DNA of 64,000 bases from the human T2T-CHM13v2.0 reference genome, Homo sapiens. Both the position numbers and the translations under genes were made by a program. The DNA lies in the NCBI RefSeq assembly GCF_009914755.1, contig NC_060941.1, one strand, 5' to 3'. A model generated the notes under the pieces. The model made no database searches and was not told where the DNA came from. It saw nothing but the letters and a program-made list of their open reading frames with translations. Of this stretch, positions 57,700-64,000 are shown in pieces; the stretch's first letter is position 1; the number at the start of each line of letters is the position of its first letter.

Positions 57700-58348
57700 T
57701 TGTGTGTGTGTGCACGCATGCATGTGTCTGTGTGTGTTTGTGTGTGCATGTGTGTGTGTCTGTGTGCACACATGCATGTGTTTGTGTGTTCACGCATGTG
57801 TGTGTCTGTGTGTGTGCACATGGATGTGTGTGTCTCTGTATGTGTGTGTGCACATGTGTGTGTGCACAGTGTGTCAGTGTGTGTGTGTGCACGCATGTGT
57901 GTGTCTGTGTGTGCACATGCATGTGTGTATGTGTGTGTGCACACATGCGTGTGTGGCCGTGTGTGTTTGTGTGTGTTTGCATGCATGTGTGTGTCTCTGT
58001 GTGTTTGTGGGTGCACGTGTGTGTGTCTGTGTGTATGCACGCATGCGTGTGTGTCTGTGTGTGCACGCATGTGTGTCTGTGTGTGCACGCATGCATGTGT
58101 GTCTGTGTTTGTGTGTGTGCATGTGTGTATGCCTGCATGCGTGTGTGTATGTGTGTGTATGCATGTGTGTGGTTGTGTGTGCACACACGCATGCATGTGT
58201 GTGTGTGCGTGCACACATGTGTTTGTGTGTGGTGCGCGCAAGCATGTGTGTGTCTGTGTGTGTGTGCGCACGCATATGCGTGTGTCTGTGTGTGTGCATG
58301 CGCATGCGTGTGTGTGTCTGTGTGTGAGTTTGTGTGTGCGTGCACACA
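57700..58348. repeat. Long degenerate (TG/CA)n alternating purine-pyrimidine tract
   Basis: About 650 bp of tgtgtg/gcacgcatg units. Confidence 0.95.
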
Positions 58349-58941
58349 TGCCGCTGCATCTCTTCTGGACCTGCCCTGAAAATTCCTGCTGCCTCAGTCT
58401 CCCTGAACAGGAATCCCTTTTTCTTCCATTTAGTGGACTATTGAGCTCTGTTGGGTTCTCCTCCCTACCCAGGGGCCTGGAATCTGCCTCCAGGAAATAA
58501 GCTGGGAGAATCTTGAGGCTCACCCTATGTTTTTCTTTTCCCTTAGAGATCAGGGTCCTGTGATACCTGTGACTCAATGTCTGGAAGCAATTATTTTATG
58601 TATATTTTTTTTTATTGCTATGGCGGGAGGGTCATTCTCCTAGCAGTTAATTCTTCATGGGAAAACTACTGGATTCACCCTCTATCTTGGTCAGAGGTGG
58701 GGAGGGGTCTAGTTCAGAGGCTTCTACTTGGTCCATGCCTCTACAACAGCTCTTTCCCTACATGCCTAGAAACAACATGGCACTTCTGCCCACTACCAAG
58801 TATGTCCAACCGTACATCCAGGGACCAGAGAGATGACCTCCGGTGGATCCATGGAACCTAGAACCTAACTTGAGCTGGATCTGACCAGGACTCCCTTGAT
58901 GATATGACCCCCTCTTTTAGTCAGTTTGGGATGCCCTAACA

Positions 58942-59167
58942 CAGGGGTGTCTCATTTTGTGGTTTCCCTGGGTTACACTGGAAGAAATGTCTTGGGCCAC
59001 ACAAAATACACTAACACTACTGATAGCTGATGAGCTAAAAAAAAAAAAAAAAGAAATCACCAAAAAATCTCATAATGCTTTAAGAAAGCTTAGGAATTTG
59101 TGTTGGGCTGCATTCAAAGCCATCCTGGGCTGCATGCGGCCCATGGGCCACAGGTTGGACAAACTTG
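58942..59167. mobile_element. MER30 hAT-Charlie element
   Basis: caggggtgtc...gatagctgatgagctaaaa...caggttggacaaacttg. Confidence 0.88.
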
Positions 59168-59169
59168 CT

Positions 59170-59520
59170 CTAACAAATATATCATAGGCATAGGCTGGTG
59201 GCTTAGACACAAGCATTTGCTTATCACAGTTCCAGAGGCTGGAAGTCCAAGATCAGGGTGCCAGCAGATCTGGTGTCTGATGAGGGCCTCTTTCTTGTTT
59301 GCAGGTGGTCAGTCATCTTGTTTTGTCCTCACGTGGCAGAAAGAGAGAGGAAGCAACCTCTCTCATGCCTCTTCTTATAAGGGCACTAATCCAAGCAAGA
59401 CAGCTCCACTTCCATGATCTAATGACCTCCCAGAGGCCCTCCTTCGATACCATCACACTGGGGACTAGGCTTTGACATTTGGATTTTCGGGGACACAAAT
59501 GTTCAGTCCATAGCCCTATG
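59170..59520 (-). mobile_element. MLT1A/MST-like LTR
   Basis: cacagttccagaggctggaagtccaagatcagggtgccagcag. Confidence 0.85.
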
Positions 59521-59569
59521 CCATTGCTCTAACAGAAGCTATGATAATGTATTGTCGTTATTATGATTA

Positions 59570-59780
59570 TTAGTTAATTGAATGGGCATTTTTGTGCCAG
59601 GCATCGAGTTTTACCTGAAGATTCTCTCTTTCATTCCTCAAGATGCTCTCGAATAGGTACCGTCATATTCTATATCTTGTAGGTACAGAAGTTGAGACTT
59701 ATAAGAATGAAGTTAACCTGCCCAAGGTCAAGGATCTGAACTCAGGCTTTCTGATTCTAACTTGACCATTCACTTCCCAG
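59570..59780 (-). mobile_element. MIR (copy 1 of local duplication)
   Basis: gaagttaacctgcccaaggtca...tgaactcagg. Confidence 0.7.
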
Positions 59781-60759
59781 CATGACAGCAACTCACAGTT
59801 GTAGAGGGCAGAATAGTGCAGAGAGTGCTGGGAAATGCTGCAGAGGGGAATGGGATGTGGATCAAAGGGCAATGGGGGTGCCCTGTCCAGTTCAGTGCCT
59901 TTAGGCCACTGCAAAGGTAGTGGCTTACTCCACAAAGAATTGGGCCTCAGGCACCTGCTCAGGACAGACCTGTGAAGATCTTCCAAGATTTTCAATGGCA
60001 TTTAAAATATTAAAACTAATACATCGGCTTCTGTTTCAAGGAACCTCAGTTTGATGACCCCCAGACTAATAAACCTACTCATCCTGGAAACTGGCATAAG
60101 ATCCAGTGAGACTGTGTCCTGGAAAGTAGCACATGAGCCCTGTGCCAGGTGCTGGGGTGCAATGGACGCAAAGGTCATGTGCACCCACTGTGTCCAGGTC
60201 TCAATGTAGAATCTAGATCCACACCTGGAGGTACAGGCTTAACTGATCTGGGCATTGACCCAGGTTGGCTAAAAACAGCAAAACCAGAGAGAAAGACTAA
60301 AACCTGGATAGAAAATAGATTTAATTTCTCATGCCAGTTCTGAATGATTGCCCGAGGCTTCCTGGAATCTTTTATTGAGAAAGACTGGGAGGGTGTGGAA
60401 GGGTCCAGTAAACCAGAGTGCGATGATGGATTAGTAATGTCTGCTATGGTCAGGGAGGTGGAGAGTGGCTGCCTGAAGCTCATGATTTGCTGATTTGCTG
60501 ACCCTGGTCTAAGCTACTGTGCAGGAGAGGGGCAGACAGTCCTAGCCAGAGCAGTGGTGCAGACTCTCAAAGCTGAGTTATAAGGAGAACCAGGAAACGG
60601 GGCCCGACACAAGAGGGTTTAGAACGTGTTGGAAGGAGGATCAGCCAGATGAAGGCAAGTGGACTGGGACAGTCCCCGAATGGCAGGTCTTTGCAGGTCT
60701 TTCGTGAACCGCTATTTTGAATGCCAACTTGTCCCCAGTTCCTTTGCTCCACGAGTCTC

Positions 60760-60930
60760 CCTAGATCTGCCGTCTCCTAACACACTGTACATAACATTTA
60801 CTATGTTTTTCATTTCTTCTGTCTCCCTGCTGCTGGCACATAAACTCTGAGGATCTCTGTTTTGTTCACTGACATACACCAAGCACCTCTAGCAGTGTCT
60901 GGCACTTAGTAGGTATGCAAGATTCTGAGA
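60760..60930 (+). mobile_element. L2 3' fragment
   Basis: tgttttgttcactg...cagtgtctggcacttagtagg. Confidence 0.75.
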
Positions 60931-61399
60931 TGTTGGGGGAACCTCCCCCTCTCAGCCAAAGCTCCTAAGCCTTGGCTCCCGCCCGGGTCTGGCTGCTGCT
61001 CAGAAACTGTGATTGGCAGATACATATGTCTTTGATTAATACGAATGGGGAAACACATTCACACTTACTTAATACATTCAGTTTTGTTGGCAATATATTT
61101 CAAAATATGGAGCCCTTCGGGGGAGGCAGTGGGGGTGAGGATGATAATGAAGGAGTCCTTCCCTGGGAGTCCTGGCTCAGGAGGAGGGGAAGGGCCAGCC
61201 CCAAGCTGGAGGCACTGGCTAACTGTTCTCCAAGGGGGGCCCTCCCTCCTCACATCCTGGTCTGTAACACCGGGATGCCAGCATCAGCCCTGTGTACCTC
61301 ACAGAGGTGTAAGGTTTCAAGGAGATAATCTGTGCTAAAAGATGCTTCGTGACATGGTACACCTTTGCACTCCTTTTGTTACTGTTGTTATGATGATGA

Positions 61400-61604
61400 T
61401 GTTTCCTTAAGTGGATGGGCGTTTCTGTGCCAGGCATTGTGTGGGGAGTTTTACAGGCATTCTCTCTTTTGTTCCTCAAGGCCCCATGGAATAGGTACCG
61501 TTATATTCTATATCTTGTGGGTACAGAAATTGAGACTCATAAGAGTGAAGTTCACCTGCCCAAGGTCGAGGATCTGAACTCAGGCTTTGTGATTCACACT
61601 TGAC
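61400..61604 (-). mobile_element. MIR (copy 2 of local duplication)
   Basis: About 91% identical to 59652-59766 over 115 bp. Confidence 0.7.
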
Positions 61605-61830
61605 TGAGCAGGACAGAAAGAGATGCCTGGCATCTTCCTGCTTTGCAAACCAGGAAGAGGGTCCTCACCAGACCCCAGATACTGACTGTCCCCAACTGCA
61701 CATCCAGCCTGTTAGCCACTAGGAAAAGAATGACATCAGGGGAAGGCTGAACTGATGCGCATGGGAAGGCAAACCCTCCCGTCAGTGAATCAGGTCACCC
61801 TGGGCAAGGCGGATGACGGTAGTGGAAATA

Positions 61831-62242
61831 CAGTTGGCCCTCGAGCACCATACGGGTTTGCCTGGTGAGAGTCCACATAAATGCAGATTTTTTCCAATAA
61901 AGCTTACACCGAGCGTGGCTGCCTTCCCTTCCACCTTCTTTGCCTCTTCTACCTCCACCATCCCTAAGACAGCAAGACCACCCCCTCCTTCTCCTCCTTC
62001 TCAGCCTCTTCAAGGTGAAGATAACAGGGATGAAGACCTTTATGGTGATCCCCTTCTGCTAAATGAATGCTAAATATATTTTCTCTTTCTTACCGTTTTC
62101 TTAATAACATCTCCTTCTCTTTGGCTCGTTTATGATAAGAATACAGTATATAACACATATGCAAAATATGTGTTCATCAACTATTTATGTTATTGGTAAG
62201 GCCTGCATCAATAACAGGCTATTAGTAGTTACATTGTTGTGG
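61831..62242. mobile_element. Tigger2a-like DNA transposon (opposite orientation to the 31430 copy)
   Basis: ta-cagttggccctcgagc...ggatgaagacctttatggtgatcc...ggctattagtagtt. Confidence 0.85.
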
Positions 62243-64000
62243 GCATCAAAAAAAAAAAGACCTGGGGACTTCAGCATCACCGGCCTGAATTCAAATGCCA
62301 CGCTGCCACTCAACGGCTCTGTGCCTTCGGCCACGTGGCCACCGGGTTAGTTTTGTCTCCTTCTCTGTTAGGCGAAACTGCAACAGTAGTTGTGAGGATG
62401 AAATGATAAATGCAGCCCCTAGCCCAGGACTAGGCTCCCAGCGGGTGTTCCGGAATCCTAGCTTCCATGTCCCCTCGGCAAACTCCCATGGAATTCAGGA
62501 AACACTGTTGGCTCTCTAAGGAGCATGTGGCCTGTCACCCTGGGTCCCACCTCTATTGGCCAGCAGCCCCATTTCCTGGGACTCTAGGTGCTGTTGGAAT
62601 TTTGCAAGCGTAACGACCGACCACCCCTGTCCCCAAAGGGAGTATGGCAGAGGCTGGTTGGGGGGATTTAATTTGGACATAGCTCCGTTCCAGTTTGTCA
62701 AACATGGCAGCTGCTGCCTTTGGCACGTGCGGTCCCAGCTGCTGGTCACTTGCCAAGGAAGCAGTGCCCTGGGCAGAAGGCAGCTTTGTGCTCCTGTCTC
62801 CAGAGACAGCTGTGCGGTGACTGAACAAGGGGTTTCTTTCTCCCTTTGGGAAGGTACGTAACAGCCCCCCAAGAATTCATGCCCTGTCTTTATCAACAAG
62901 AGGCCTTCCTCAGTGACTGGCGTGCCACTGGCTCAGCTCTCCAGCTCTGATGTTGGCCCCGGAGCGGCTGGTCTTGGCGTCACTATCTGGGCTCTGTGAG
63001 TCAGTTGGTTTGCAGGCTGCTGAACACCCTTCAGTGCTGGGGAGCCCCTATGCCACCTGGAGGGGGTGCCCAGGATGCCTGGGAAGCCAGTGCATCCCCT
63101 GTGTGTGAACAGCCAGGCTGGCAAATCGGAGACTGGGGGGCTTGAGCCACCGCGCCCAGCCAGGGTCATCGCAGCCACATTGTTGCAGATCTGGGATCTG
63201 AGCCCCTGCAGTGTGATCCCAGGCCTGTGCTTTAATCACGACACCACCCGCCTCCTTGTCCCACGCAGTTAGGATACCTGTTCCTCGTGAGCCAAACGTT
63301 TTCACAGCCACTGTGCCCTCTCCTGCCTCCTTTATTGACCGTGGTTGCAATAAATGGCCATGACAGAGACAAGGCCAGAGCATCCCGGAGGAGGGAAGGG
63401 AGCCCTCCCGGCTCAGGCGCTGTCCCACACAGGCCTGACAAACTGGGGTGCCTGGACTCTGGGGTGCCTGATGCAGAGCCCAGCCTGAGTCAGGAGGATG
63501 GGATTACAAGGCAGCTACGATGCAGGAGGGATGGTCTCGTCCACACTACAGCCTGTTCTTTCCTTCCAGAGTTCAGGCTCTCACCAACTGGCCTGGCCTA
63601 ACCACCCTGGGTTCCCAAGGGCTTCCTGGGGCCCTCATCCTAGACAAGGTCGCCGTCACCTCTCACCTGCCTAGCCAGGGCCTGGCCTGCTCATGACCTC
63701 TCCTTTGCATCTGCTGCCTGAAGCCAGCTGGCTAAAGTCTTGGATGTCAGCCTGTGACTCCATTCTGCAAATGGCTTTGGTCTGGAGTGCCCGATGCACT
63801 TACTTTCTCTGTTTTATTAGCCTAGGGAAGAAAAGGGGTTATCCTGGGACCATGGGTGGGTGCCGTATCGGCCAAGGGTTTCTTCAAGGTGGGATGGAGA
63901 CAGGAGCATGTTTGTAGGAAGAGGAGGACAGGAGGGTGTGAGAGAGGCAGCAAGGACGTTACCAAGATTCGCGGGGGAGAAGGCCTGATGGGGAGTTTCT

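Noticed and set aside
57440-58577. Longest ORFs in the track (up to 317 aa, His/Thr or Cys/Val rich)
   Set aside because: Translations of the (TG/CA)n tract, open on both strands because the repeat lacks stops

Overview
Primate, most likely human, genomic DNA with no supportable protein-coding gene, RNA gene or CRISPR array. It looks like intergenic or deep intronic sequence. Roughly half is recognisable interspersed repeat: 18 Alus, old L1M and one young L1PA fragment, L2/MIR, MaLR (THE1/MST/MLT1), MLT2 and ERV1 solo LTRs, and DNA transposons (MER1A, Tigger2/3, MER44, MER30, MER5A, Kanga, and a piggyBac MER85). There are also several microsatellites and VNTRs. The ORFs I checked map to repeats or look like chance frames. 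Between the repeats lie about ten repeat-free islands rich in homeodomain/SOX/TCF/FOX/POU motifs, several of them CpG-retaining. They look like conserved developmental enhancers, a possible long-range regulatory array; this is inference, and conservation was not checked. Other notable items: a MER85 with an intact CSB-PGBD3 palindrome, DUX4 motifs in THE1 LTRs, a close tail-to-tail inverted Alu pair, a perfect 16-bp-arm palindrome, a 62-bp MIR-derived VNTR, a local ~91%-identical duplication, an L1PA with a micro 5' inversion, an orphan 53-nt poly(T), and a ~650-bp alternating purine-pyrimidine tract. I found no convincing novel gene system. Repeat subfamily names are from recall of consensus sequences, and boundaries are approximate unless TSDs are given.
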